From contig JAHHIK010000128.1 of NCBI GenBank assembly GCA_019358935.1, forward strand, positions 1-21,863: DNA of 21,863 bases, read 5' to 3'. Shown piece by piece: positions 7,497 to 16,662 of this stretch. The position numbers and the translations under genes are program-made. The DNA comes from Tolypothrix carrinoi HA7290-LM1 (GTDB lineage: Bacteria > Cyanobacteriota > Cyanobacteriia > Cyanobacteriales > Nostocaceae). Numbering within the stretch: position 1 is the stretch's first letter; every line of letters starts with the position of its first letter. The notes below the pieces were generated by a model. It was not told the DNA's origin and made no database searches. It worked only from the letters and a program-made list of their open reading frames with translations.

Positions 7497-8137
7497 CCAT
7501 TTAAGCGGGAGAGTGGGGAGTGGGAGAGTGGGGGAGGGGGAAGACAAGGGAGACAAGGGAGAGGGGGGAGACAAGGAAGACAAGGAGGCAAACTCCCCGT
7601 GCAAGAAAGCAAGAGTGCCCCTTGTCCCCTTGTCCCCTTGTCACCTTGTCACCTTGTCCCCCTTGTCCCCCTTGTCCCCCTTGTCACCTTGTCACCTTGT
7701 CCCCCTTGTCCCCCTTGTCCCCCTTGTCCCCCTTGTCCCCCTTGTCCCCCTTATCCCCCTTATCCAGTTCTATCTGAGTGTACATTTGCAAAGCGGAACG
7801 CCAGACAAGATAGCCTTGGGGACTTAGGTGTAAGCCATTTAAGCGGGAGAGTGGGGAGTGGGGGAGACAAGGGAGACAAGGGAGAGGGGGGAGACAAGGG
7901 AGAGGGGGGAGACAAGGAAGACGAGGAGGCAAACTCCCCCTGCAAGAAAGCAAGAGTGCCCCTTGTCCCCTTGTCCCCTTGTCACCTTGTCCCCCTTGTC
8001 CCCCTTGTCCCCCTTGTCCCCCTTGTCCCCCTTGTCCCCCTTGTCCCCCTTATCCCCCTTATCCAATTCAATCTGAGTGTACATTTGCAAAGCGGAACGC
8101 CAGACAAGATAGCCTTGGGGACTTAGGTGTAAGCCAT
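7497..8137. repeat. Tandem duplication (7497..7834 and 7835..8133, CCAT at all three junctions) rich in CCCCTTGTC/GACAAGGG repeats
   Basis: Both copies start CCATTTAAGCGGGAGAGTGGGGAGTGGG and end TCTGAGTGTACATTTGCAAAGCGGAACGCCAGACAAGATAGCCTTGGGGACTTAGGTGTAAG. Confidence 0.93.
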
Positions 8138-8894
8138 CGGTAGAGAATTCGGGACGAAGATTACCTTGCTTGTTGGTAAACAAAGGATGCAAGTTGAGAT
8201 ATTTGACATTTGCTTTTGTGGCTATATCTTGCAGCTGCTGATTCAGCTTGCGAATGCGACTGTTAGGAATAGCCAAGAGTTTCTCTCGTCTTTCCCAAGT
8301 TGCTTCTTCTCCTCCATGCGGCAAAATCGATTCAACAACAATTTGCGCTTTTGGATGCACCTTTCTCAGGTAAGTGATAATTTGTTGCTGATTCTCTAAA
8401 ATTGTCTCATCGCTTGCACCCCGAATCAGGTCATTAATGCCAATCATCACAAAAATCGTATGAGGCTGGGTGCGGTCAAATAAATTTAATCTTTTTAATA
8501 GTCCCTCGCTAGTTTCTCCAGAAATTCCCTGATTTAGCCAATTTCTGTCTTCAGGTAATAACTCTGTAGGAAACCACAATGAGAGAGAATCTCCCGCGAG
8601 GATATTTAAATTTTGGGGAGGTTTCTCAGCTTTGGCTTTGGCTTCTTTTTTGAGGACATCTACCCACTGCGGATAACTGAATTTATGGCGAGGTCCTAGT
8701 AATGGTGTAATTTTAGCAGGTGTGACTTGGGGTTGACTGTTGTGCTTGACTGGTGTCGCAGAATGTGCAGACCAAAAAAAAGCGGTCAAACCTTGCTGTC
8801 GTAAAAGTAGCAAGGCGATCGCTAACATCAGTATCCCGTTGGTTACTACGGAGAAAAATGCCCAGGTAGGAAAAATTTTTGCTGGAGTAGACAC
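7839..8894 (-). CDS. SGNH/GDSL hydrolase with N-terminal membrane anchor; repeat-derived C-terminal tail
   Basis: Blocks GDSL, NQGISGE, GIND and DGLH; hydrophobic N-terminal segment; GTG start; (DKG)n tail. Confidence 0.9.
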   Translation of the reverse strand: MSTPAKIFPTWAFFSVVTNGILMLAIALLLLRQQGLTAFFWSAHSATPVKHNSQPQVTPAKITPLLGPRHKFSYPQWVDVLKKEAKAKAEKPPQNLNILAGDSLSLWFPTELLPEDRNWLNQGISGETSEGLLKRLNLFDRTQPHTIFVMIGINDLIRGASDETILENQQQIITYLRKVHPKAQIVVESILPHGGEEATWERREKLLAIPNSRIRKLNQQLQDIATKANVKYLNLHPLFTNKQGNLRPEFSTDGLHLSPQGYLVWRSALQMYTQIELDKGDKGDKGDKGDKGDKGDKGDKGDKVTRGQGDKGHSCFLAGGVCLLVFLVSPLSLVSPLSLVSLVSPTPHSPA

Positions 8895-8990
8895 AAGGCG
8901 CGATATTTACTAATTCTTTGAATCAGATTTTAGATGATTTAAATCGAATTAGAGCAATACGAGCGCAGATTTATGAAAATATCGAGCTTC

Positions 8991-9024
8991 ATATCCCTGA
9001 CAAGTTTTACGAAGTCGGGGATAT
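8991..9024. repeat. REP-like inverted repeat downstream of amtB (possible terminator)
   Basis: ATATCCCTGAC-N12-GTCGGGGATAT. Confidence 0.5.
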
Positions 9025-9084
9025 TGTATGAACACGCTCTTGTAAACGGACTGCTCAAGATATCGTCAGCAGTCAGAAATCGCA

Positions 9085-10506
9085 TTACCTATTAGTAACA
9101 CTAATGCGCTCTCCGAATTCTTCGTTGTATCCTTCTTCGCCATGTTCGTTGATATCCATGCCTTGCAGTTCGGCTTCTTCTTTGATTCGCAACCCGACTG
9201 TGACATCTAGAATCTTCAAAATAATCCAGGTGCCGACAGCAGCAATGATATAGGCAACGACAATGGCGATAATTTGCGTTACCAGTTGACCGGGATTGCC
9301 AAATAACAAGCCATTTTTCCCTGCTGAGTTGACTGTAGTGGTGGCAAAGATTCCTGTGAGAATCGCTCCGATTGTCCCACCGACACCATGCACGGGAAAG
9401 GTATCTAAAGCATCGTCAATATTGACTTTGTGCTTGAAGCTGACGGCATAAAAGCAAGCAAACGCTGTAATACCGCCAATTAATATCGCAGCTAGAGGTG
9501 TGACAAATCCGGCGGCTGGGGTGATACCAACTAATCCGGCAACTGCACCTGTGGCTGCACCAACTGCTGTTGGTTTACCGCGCAAGACTTTTTCCAGGAT
9601 TAGCCACATTAAAGCTGCCGAAGCTGCACCTGTGTTGGTGGCGACAAATGCCGCTGTTGCCAAACCGCCAGAAGCTAAGGCACTACCTGCGTTGAAGCCG
9701 AACCAGCCAAACCACAGCAAGCCAGCACCCAACAAGATGAAGGGAACGTTGTGCGGAGGGCTAAGACGGTCGGGATAGGTTTTCCGGGGTCCGAGGTACA
9801 TGGCGGCGACGAGGGCAGAAACACCGGAACTAATATGCACGACTGTGCCCCCTGCAAAGTCTAGGGCGCCCAATCCACCAGCCAAGCCCAAAAATCCGCC
9901 TTTAGCCCATACCATGTGCGCTAGGGGAGAGTAAATAAACGTAGACCACAGCAGCACAAATAATGAGTAAGCGGTGAAGTTCATCCGCTCGGCGATCGCA
10001 CCACTAATCAACGCTGGGGTGATAATGGCAAACATTGCCTGATAAATCATGAATGCCTGGTGGGGAATTGTCGGCGCATAGGAAACTATTTCCGCCGGGT
10101 TTGTTCCTTTGAGATAATCGGTTGTCTCTAAGCCGACATTGTTCAACCCAAACCACTGTAATCCGCCGATGAAGGGATTACCTGGTGCAAAAGCGAGGCT
10201 GTAGCCCCACAAAATCCAGGTGACTCCAACAATCGCCATCAGCACGAAGCTCATCATCAATGTATTTAGGACGTTGCGCGATCGCACAAATCCACCATAG
10301 AAAAACGCTAGTCCAGGTGTCATCAACAATACGAGTGCTGCACAAATCAGCATAAATGCTGTATCGGCAGCCGTTTGAGCATTAGTAATTGCTGCGTTTA
10401 CATCTGTGGGTGCTGCGAAGGCATTACCCATCAACGGTCCACCTAGAAGCAATGAGGCGATCGCCCCTATTATCACAACTTTTTTCAACACTTCTTTTTT
10501 GTTCAT
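9085..10506 (-). CDS. amtB: Ammonium transporter, AmtB-type
   Basis: MTPGLAFFYGG, DFAGGTVVH, GWFGFNAGS, DDALDTFPVHG and HGEEGY; signal-peptide-like N-terminus. The start is uncertain (10560, 10506 or a slightly later GTG/TTG). Confidence 0.92.
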   Translation of the reverse strand: MNKKEVLKKVVIIGAIASLLLGGPLMGNAFAAPTDVNAAITNAQTAADTAFMLICAALVLLMTPGLAFFYGGFVRSRNVLNTLMMSFVLMAIVGVTWILWGYSLAFAPGNPFIGGLQWFGLNNVGLETTDYLKGTNPAEIVSYAPTIPHQAFMIYQAMFAIITPALISGAIAERMNFTAYSLFVLLWSTFIYSPLAHMVWAKGGFLGLAGGLGALDFAGGTVVHISSGVSALVAAMYLGPRKTYPDRLSPPHNVPFILLGAGLLWFGWFGFNAGSALASGGLATAAFVATNTGAASAALMWLILEKVLRGKPTAVGAATGAVAGLVGITPAAGFVTPLAAILIGGITAFACFYAVSFKHKVNIDDALDTFPVHGVGGTIGAILTGIFATTTVNSAGKNGLLFGNPGQLVTQIIAIVVAYIIAAVGTWIILKILDVTVGLRIKEEAELQGMDINEHGEEGYNEEFGERISVTNR

Positions 10507-11243
10507 GAGTACCAACAATTTTCTGTTTTTACCTGAATTTGAGTACTTTTTGATACTCATTTTTATCTTGGAAGTTACTCAAATTTCGTTCTAGGGAATC
10601 TACCTGAAATATACTCCTTTTTCTAGTTGCAAAATTTTAAATCAATGTGCATTTTAGGAGGATTTGGCAGCTTTTTTTGACAGCAATATTTAACCATACA
10701 ATTTTTAAAATTTCTTTGCATTTTTTCGAGAAAATGTTAATTTTTGTGTTGATGAAGTTTATAGTCAACTGTTTTTAACTCAAGGACAAAGAGCTTATCC
10801 CTTAGTTGTTGAAGTTAATAACAAGAGTGCTACCTCTCTAGATATTACGGATTTTCATCATAATTCATTATTATGTATTTTATATAACAGTCAAGTCTCC
10901 TTCATTGACTCTTTAAAAATTATTCTTTCAAAACATAATTTTCTCAAAGGGTAACTGAGCATAAACGATAAGATGTCCGTAATTTTATCTAGCCATTTTC
11001 AATTTTCAATGCTTCATTGGTCATATATTCTCAGAAAGATACGCTCTTATAAGGGCAATCAATTTCTGCAATACACTTTAACTATCGATTTCGGAAAAAT
11101 TACCTTTTTTAATATCAACACCTGAAATGCAACAATGCACAAACGCCTCTAAACAGAATTCATGAGCATGATTTCACAAGAAAACTTTTGGTGAATCCAC
11201 GAATAAAGTAGATTGATTTTCTATTACGCCAATCAGGAATTCT

Positions 11244-11257
11244 GTAGCCTTAAATAC
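11244..11257 (-). promoter_or_regulatory. NtcA-binding site (GTA-N8-TAC) upstream of amtB
   Basis: GTAGCCTTAAATAC is a perfect consensus match. On the minus strand a -10-like GAAAAT follows after 22 nt (class II NtcA spacing). Confidence 0.65.
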
Positions 11258-11417
11258 TATTTTTGGGTTTTTGTCTTTACCTGCACGTACCCAAAACGGT
11301 AAATAAAGTAACTGTATCCGTTACAGTGTCAGTATTTCCAGACATCGGGATATAAAAGTCAAGATATTATTAAATTTCGCTAAAAAAGTTTAATAAATTT
11401 TTACATACAGATAATAG

Positions 11418-11662
11418 GTAATTGGGCATGGGGAATGGTGAGTCCAGCGCTGCGGGAGGGTTTCCCTCCGCAGGCGACTGGCGAACCCGAAGGGGGCATG
11501 GGGCAATGGGCACGCTCGATTGGGGGCACGCTCGATTGGGGGCTGGGAATGAGAGATTTTTTCCATGCCCCATTCCCTATGCCCAATGCCCCATGCCCAT
11601 GCCCCATGACGGCAGGTGCTACAACGGAGGGGACCTCCGCAACGCACTGCCTCCCCCATGCC
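11418..11662. repeat. Convergent STRR heptamer tracts (TGGGCAT/ATGCCCC type) containing two SDR/NIS-like hairpin elements (11437..11494, 11609..11653) and a 16-bp duplication (11508..11539)
   Basis: Read directly; element 2 is ACGGCAGGTGCTACAACGGAGGGGACCTCCGCAACGCACTGCCTC. Confidence 0.85.
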
Positions 11663-11671
11663 ACCTCTTTT

Positions 11672-12187
11672 TCACATCTGTGACAAATATTGCTGATAGC
11701 CTAGTTGTTCTAACTTGGATTGCTTTGCCATTACCGATTCGCAGAGATTTTGGCGATATTTTTTGACTTTTTCGAGTAATTCGGGTTGCTGGGTAGCGAG
11801 AATTTGTACTGCCAAAAGACCTGCGTTTTTTGCATTACCTATTGCCACGGTCGCAACTGGGATACCCGCAGGCATCTGTACAATAGAATACAGTGAATCA
11901 AGCCCTTGTAAGTGACGGGTGGGGACGGGAACACCGATAACCGGAAGTGGAGTTAAAGATGCAACCATTCCGGGAAGATGAGCAGCACCGCCAGCACCGG
12001 CGATAATCACTTTTATGCCGCGTTGGTGTGCAAGTTGTGCGTATTCAACCATGCGTTCTGGGGTACGATGGGCGCTAACAATGGCAACTTCGGTTTGAAT
12101 GCCAAATTCTTCACAAATAGCGATCGCATCCTGCATGATGGGTAAATCGGAATCGCTGCCCATGATAATACCGATAAGGGGGGTCAT
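11672..12187 (-). CDS. purE: N5-carboxyaminoimidazole ribonucleotide mutase
   Basis: [27 protein letters not shown] and [14 protein letters not shown]. True start is MTPLIG at 12187; the longer ORF is translated repeat. Confidence 0.97.
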   Translation of the reverse strand: MTPLIGIIMGSDSDLPIMQDAIAICEEFGIQTEVAIVSAHRTPERMVEYAQLAHQRGIKVIIAGAGGAAHLPGMVASLTPLPVIGVPVPTRHLQGLDSLYSIVQMPAGIPVATVAIGNAKNAGLLAVQILATQQPELLEKVKKYRQNLCESVMAKQSKLEQLGYQQYLSQM

Positions 12188-12191
12188 AAAA

Positions 12192-12373
12192 ATGGGGAAT
12201 CGGGAATCGGGAATCGGGAATCGGGAATGGGGAATCGGGAATCGGGAATCGGGAATCGGGAATCGGGAATAATTACCAATTACCAATTACCCCTTCGGGG
12301 TTCGCCAGGTGCTTCAAGTCGGGAGACCCGCCCAACGCACTGGCGAACCAATTACCAATTACCAATTACCAAT
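12192..12373. repeat. STRR heptamer arrays (GGGAATC)n and (TTACCAA)n with an embedded SDR-like hairpin element (12291..12349)
   Basis: Read directly; these fill nearly the whole purE-nagA divergent spacer. Confidence 0.92.
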
Positions 12374-12381
12374 CTATCGTG

Positions 12382-13581
12382 ATGAGCAAAGCAACACCCA
12401 TAGATATTATCAACGCAAGAGTGCCCGGTTACAAAGATTTGCAGATGCTCTTTGTTCGTGAGGGTATAATTGAGCGAATTTTACCAATGACTACAGTTTT
12501 CAAGCGCGTTGCACCTCAGGAAGTGGAATTGCTCGATCTTCGTGGTGATTGGGTTTCTTTGGGTGGTATTGATTTGCAGATTAACGGTGCTTTGGGGTTG
12601 GCATTTCCGGAATTAAAAGCGGAAAATTTGGACTTTCTCCAGAAAATCTGTGAATATCTTTGGGATGTGGGGGTAGATGGATTTTTACCGACGCTGGTGA
12701 CAACTTCGGTGGATAATATTCAGCGATCGCTTGCTATCATCGCTGATTTTATTTCTCGTCAAAAAACAGGTTCGCAAATTCTCGGCATCCATCTAGAGGG
12801 ACCATTTTTAAATTACCAAAAGCGCGGCGCACATCCAGCAGAATATCTGTTACCTTTGACAATTGAACAAGTAAAGCGAGTTTTAGGCGATTATGCCCAG
12901 ATTGTCAAAGTCATTACTCTAGCACCAGAGTTAGATCCTACTGGTGATGTCATTCCCTACTTACGCTCCAAGGGCATTACCGTTAGTTTAGGACATTCTC
13001 AAGCCACCGCATTGCAAGCCGAAGATGCCTTTAAACTGGGTGCAACGATGGTGACTCATGCTTTTAACGCCATGCCATTATTACATCATCGCGAACCGGG
13101 ATTATTAGGCGCAGCAATTCTTAATCCTGATGTCATGTGTGGTTTTATTGCCGACGGTGAACATGTTTCCCCGATTATGCTACAAATTCTTTTACGCGCT
13201 AGTTCTCAAAAAGGACTTTTTTTAGTCAGCGATGCCTTATCACCTCTGGGACTTCCTGATGGGGTGTATCCTTGGGATACTCGACAAATTGAAGTTAAAA
13301 ACGGCACTGCAAGACTGCCAGATGGAACTTTATCCGGGACGACTTTACCTTTATTAGTAGGAGTGCAAAACTTGGTAAAGTGGGGTTGTGATATAGAAAC
13401 TGCAATAATTATCGCAACCGAAGCACCAAGAAAGGCGATGCCGAGTACGGCAACCTTGCGGAACGCTTTAACCGGAATTTCCCCAAATCAACCCGCAAAC
13501 TTATTACGCTGGCATTTCGACGAACCGACAAAAGAACTAACTTGGCAGCGCTTAAACATCTTGCAAAAATCCTCATCTTAA
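12382..13581 (+). CDS. nagA: N-acetylglucosamine-6-phosphate deacetylase
   Basis: DLQING, HLEGPF, TLAPE, LGHS, THAFNAM, IADGEH and VSDA. Confidence 0.95.
   Translation: MSKATPIDIINARVPGYKDLQMLFVREGIIERILPMTTVFKRVAPQEVELLDLRGDWVSLGGIDLQINGALGLAFPELKAENLDFLQKICEYLWDVGVDGFLPTLVTTSVDNIQRSLAIIADFISRQKTGSQILGIHLEGPFLNYQKRGAHPAEYLLPLTIEQVKRVLGDYAQIVKVITLAPELDPTGDVIPYLRSKGITVSLGHSQATALQAEDAFKLGATMVTHAFNAMPLLHHREPGLLGAAILNPDVMCGFIADGEHVSPIMLQILLRASSQKGLFLVSDALSPLGLPDGVYPWDTRQIEVKNGTARLPDGTLSGTTLPLLVGVQNLVKWGCDIETAIIIATEAPRKAMPSTATLRNALTGISPNQPANLLRWHFDEPTKELTWQRLNILQKSSS
13440..13463 (+). mobile_element. 24-nt SDR5-like element inserted in a HIP1 site within nagA
   Basis: GCGAT[GCCGAGTACGGCAACCTTGCGGAA]CGC; hairpin GCCG-AGTA-CGGC. 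Confidence 0.75.
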
Positions 13582-13679
13582 ACTCTTTCTTTGCGTCTTT
13601 GCGACTTAGCGTGAGAAAAAATCCATATTTTCTGCATTAAATGATAACTTTAACGATTGGGAACCCTTAAAAATTCAAC

Positions 13680-14366
13680 ATGAACGCAACCGACGATAAA
13701 ACAATTGTTAAAAATTATTTCAATTCCACAGGCTTCGACCGCTGGAGACGTATTTATGGTGATGGCGAAGTCAACAAAGTTCAGCTAGACATCCGCAATG
13801 GACATCAGCAAACCGTCGATACAGTCCTTAGCTGGTTAAAAGCTGATAACAATTTAGCAGAAATATCAATCTGCGATGCTGGATGTGGTGTGGGTAGTCT
13901 TAGCATCCCCCTAGCGGCAGATAATGCGAAAGTTTATGCCAGCGATATTTCTGACAAAATGGTGCAGGAAGCAAAGGATAGAGCTTTAGAAACTTTAGGA
14001 CAAACAGAAAATCCGACTTTCGCCGTCCAAGATTTAGAAGCGTTGAGTGGTAGTTATCATACCGTCATTTGCTTGGATGTTCTCATCCACTATCCCCAAG
14101 AAAAAGCAGACGAGATGATTTCTCATCTATCTTCTTTAGCACAGTCGCGAGTAATTCTCAGCTTTGCACCGAAAACCTTCGCTCTGAGTATACTGAAAAA
14201 AATCGGCAGTTTTTTCCCAGGACCGAGTAAAGCAACTCGCGCTTACTTGCATCGGGAAGCTGATGTGGTGAAAATATTGGAAAAAAACGGTTTTAGTGTA
14301 GAAAGACAATCAATGACTCGGACTCGCTTTTACTTTTCGCGAATACTGGAAGCTACACGTAAGTGA
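13680..14366 (+). CDS. chlM: Magnesium-protoporphyrin IX O-methyltransferase
   Basis: YFNSTGFDRWRRIYG, CDAGCGVGSL, CLDVLIHYP, FFPGPSKATRAYLH and FYFSR. Confidence 0.96.
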   Translation: MNATDDKTIVKNYFNSTGFDRWRRIYGDGEVNKVQLDIRNGHQQTVDTVLSWLKADNNLAEISICDAGCGVGSLSIPLAADNAKVYASDISDKMVQEAKDRALETLGQTENPTFAVQDLEALSGSYHTVICLDVLIHYPQEKADEMISHLSSLAQSRVILSFAPKTFALSILKKIGSFFPGPSKATRAYLHREADVVKILEKNGFSVERQSMTRTRFYFSRILEATRK

Positions 14367-14409
14367 GGTTAAGATCGCGGCAATATAGCTTTTATATTTT
14401 GCAGCGATT

Positions 14410-14832
14410 ATGAAATTCCTCACCAAAGTAACTGCCGGGTTCTTGCTTATGAGCGGATTTATATGTTTGATGATGAGTGCTTCTGCCTTATTGCAGTTAG
14501 CAGATAAAGACCAGACTACCATAGAACAGCAAGAGGCGACAGATACTTTTTTTGCAGGAATAGCCTTGGGTGTGCCATTAGCAGCAGGGGGAGGATACAT
14601 GCTTTGGGGGTTGCGTAGAAGACATCAAAAATTGTTACGCGATCGCCTAGATTCTACTTTTTATCAAATGCTCAAAGCCGATAATGGTAGAATTACCGTC
14701 TTGCAGTTGGCGATGGAGACACAGATATCTGGGGAACAAGCTAAACAATATCTGGATCAAAAAGCTAAAGAATTCAACGCTACTTTTGAAGCCAGTGATA
14801 AAGGCAACATTAGTTACCTGTTTCATCTTTAA
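14410..14832 (+). CDS. Uncharacterised 2-TM membrane protein with small C-terminal cytoplasmic (wHTH-like) domain; paralog of 15615..16100
   Basis: Two hydrophobic segments; C-terminus DRLDSTFYQML..NGRITVL..YLDQKAKEFNA. Confidence 0.8.
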   Translation: MKFLTKVTAGFLLMSGFICLMMSASALLQLADKDQTTIEQQEATDTFFAGIALGVPLAAGGGYMLWGLRRRHQKLLRDRLDSTFYQMLKADNGRITVLQLAMETQISGEQAKQYLDQKAKEFNATFEASDKGNISYLFHL

Positions 14833-14965
14833 AATCTGATTTCCTATGCCCTTAAAAACCCCTCCTTAACAGATATGGTATAGGAAACTTCTCCCAAACT
14901 CCCCAAAGCTGCTGTGCTATGTTTGAAAACAGAATAATCTGCTGATGCCATAACTAAGTATTAAC

Positions 14966-15260
14966 ATGACAAAAGTCGAAGCAACTCAGGCACAAGAAAA
15001 GTTTTCAGAACTTCTCGCTCTTGTGGAAGAAGGACAGGAACGTATTGTCATTGAATCACAAGGACAGGTTATTGCAGCAGTTATCAGCTATGCGGACTTA
15101 AAGCGCTTGGAAGCATTGGAAGATGCAATAGATGTGGCAGATTTTCGACGTGCAGTAACTGAAAGTAACGCTCTCGTCTTATTCAGTAGAAGAAGTGATT
15201 GCTGACTACAACAAACTTCATAACACTGATTTTACAGTAGAAAATATTTTGAATGACTGA
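14966..15260 (+). pseudogene. Phd/YefM-family antitoxin, probably frameshifted near 15170-15180
   Basis: EATQAQEKFSELLALVEEGQERIVIESQGQVIAAVISYADLKRLEALED is Phd-like. The ORF stops at 15205, but an alternative frame continues SVEEVIADYNKLHNTDFTVENILND* to 15260, overlapping the toxin ATG. Confidence 0.7.
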
Positions 15261-15527
15261 ATCCGGTCCGCTTGCTCTACGTATTACCAAATCTGCTGTA
15301 AAGATTTAATAGATTTGCACCCCAAATTTTTTAAGCAGGTCATGACTAAAATTTTGCTGCTACCATCCGATCCTAGACCTCAAGATTATAAGCAACTCAA
15401 AGGATATTCAGGTGTTTATCGAGTCGATAGTGGTGAGTATCGCATTCTTTACACAATTTCAGAGGATGCAATCGAAGTTTTTCGAGTAGGCAAGCGCAAC
15501 GATGACGAGGTGTATGAAAATCTCTAA
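15253..15527 (+). pseudogene. RelE/ParE-family toxin, frameshifted at about 15300
   Basis: ATG at 15253 gives MTESGPLALRITKSAVKI*. The -1 frame continues KDLIDLHPKFFKQV..DPRPQDYKQLKG..YRVDSGEYRILY..VGKRNDDEVY. Confidence 0.8.
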
Positions 15528-15614
15528 CGTCATACAGTAGTACAAAGACTTAGTGGAAGCTTTTGGCAAGTGAGGCTAGAATCACAAACAAAGCTCATTC
15601 TTTGAAGTGGAACT

Positions 15615-16100
15615 ATGAAGACAGCTGGAAAATTAGCTTCTGGGTGGCTGCTTACACTCGGATTTATGTTTATGACGCTATCAGTTTCAGCGCTATTTAA
15701 CAAAATAGCTATAGAGAACGCATCTCGGCGATTACCCGTAGATTTTGAGCAAGAATTTGATGCTCCAAATGCTACCTATCCTGATGATAATACTGTTGTA
15801 GGCGGTTTAGTTTTTGGCGTTCCTACTTTAGTACTGGGGGGATGGCTAGCATTTGGATTGTACCGTGACAGTCAGCAAGAGAAAAAAATGATTAATCAAC
15901 AGGTGAGCGATCGCTTGCAATCTCTTTTTTATCAAATGCTGACTGAAAACAATGGACGTGTCACCGTTTTAAGCTTTGCAATGCAGTCACAGCTACCAGC
16001 TGCCGTCGCCAGAGAATATTTAGATGAAAAAGCGCAAGAATTTCATGCTAACTTTAAAGTAAGCGAGGATGGGGCAATCTCTTATCATTTTGATGTCTAA
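15615..16100 (+). CDS. Uncharacterised 2-TM membrane protein; paralog of 14410..14832
   Basis: Two hydrophobic segments; C-terminus DRLQSLFYQML..NGRVTVL..YLDEKAQEFHA. Confidence 0.8.
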   Translation: MKTAGKLASGWLLTLGFMFMTLSVSALFNKIAIENASRRLPVDFEQEFDAPNATYPDDNTVVGGLVFGVPTLVLGGWLAFGLYRDSQQEKKMINQQVSDRLQSLFYQMLTENNGRVTVLSFAMQSQLPAAVAREYLDEKAQEFHANFKVSEDGAISYHFDV

Positions 16101-16131
16101 ACCCTAAGAACAGCGAAAATGGGATAACTCC

Positions 16132-16515
16132 ATGACGCAAATTTTTTTGAGTATAGGTGCTATTTTCGGCGGTTTGTCGGTTGCGGGTGGTGCGTTTGCT
16201 TCCCATGCATTGCGCGATAAAATTAGCGATCGCTCGCTAGAAATTTTTGAAACCGCTGCTCGTTACCAAATGTACCACGCTCTGGCATTATTGTTAGTAG
16301 CACTACTATTGAGCATCTACCAACAATCTCCGCCACCGACTTTATTAGCAAGTGGGTGGCTGTTCATCATTGGGATTGCTTTGTTCTCAGGTAGCTTGTA
16401 TGCTCTGTCGTTAACAAATGTAAAAATATTGGGAGCGATCGCACCACTCGGAGGTGCTGCTTTTATTGCCGGTTGGGGTGCTTTGGCTTTTGCCGCTTGG
16501 AGTTTAAAGTACTGA
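16132..16515 (+). CDS. DUF423 (YgdD/TMEM256-like) membrane protein
   Basis: GAFASHAL, FETAARYQMYHAL, FSGSLY and APLGG. Confidence 0.9.
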   Translation: MTQIFLSIGAIFGGLSVAGGAFASHALRDKISDRSLEIFETAARYQMYHALALLLVALLLSIYQQSPPPTLLASGWLFIIGIALFSGSLYALSLTNVKILGAIAPLGGAAFIAGWGALAFAAWSLKY

Positions 16516-16520
16516 ATAAA

Positions 16521-16662
16521 GTTAGGAGTTAAAAGTTAGGAGTTAGGAGGCACGCTAGAGACGTTCCAATGGAACGTCTGTACGAGGAGTTAGGAATTAA
16601 GAGTTACTAAATTCTAACTCTTAACTTATCACTCATAACTCCTAATTATCATAACTCCTAAC
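16521..16662. repeat. Convergent STRR heptamers (GTTAGGA / TAACTCN) with embedded palindrome AGACGTTCCA-A-TGGAACGTCT (16556..16583)
   Basis: Read directly; lies between convergent genes and may act as a bidirectional terminator. Confidence 0.8.

Noticed and set aside
7513..8126. Several Pro/Cys/Leu-rich ORFs (PPC, PLV, SPL repeats) resembling metallothionein or collagen
   Set aside because: Translations of CCCCTTGTC repeats in all frames; no independent coding evidence
11370..11766. Cluster of short overlapping ORFs
   Set aside because: Products of GC-rich STRR/SDR repeats
12188..12286. PurE N-terminal extension (SRFPIPD)n
   Set aside because: Translated heptamer array; PurE homology starts at 12187
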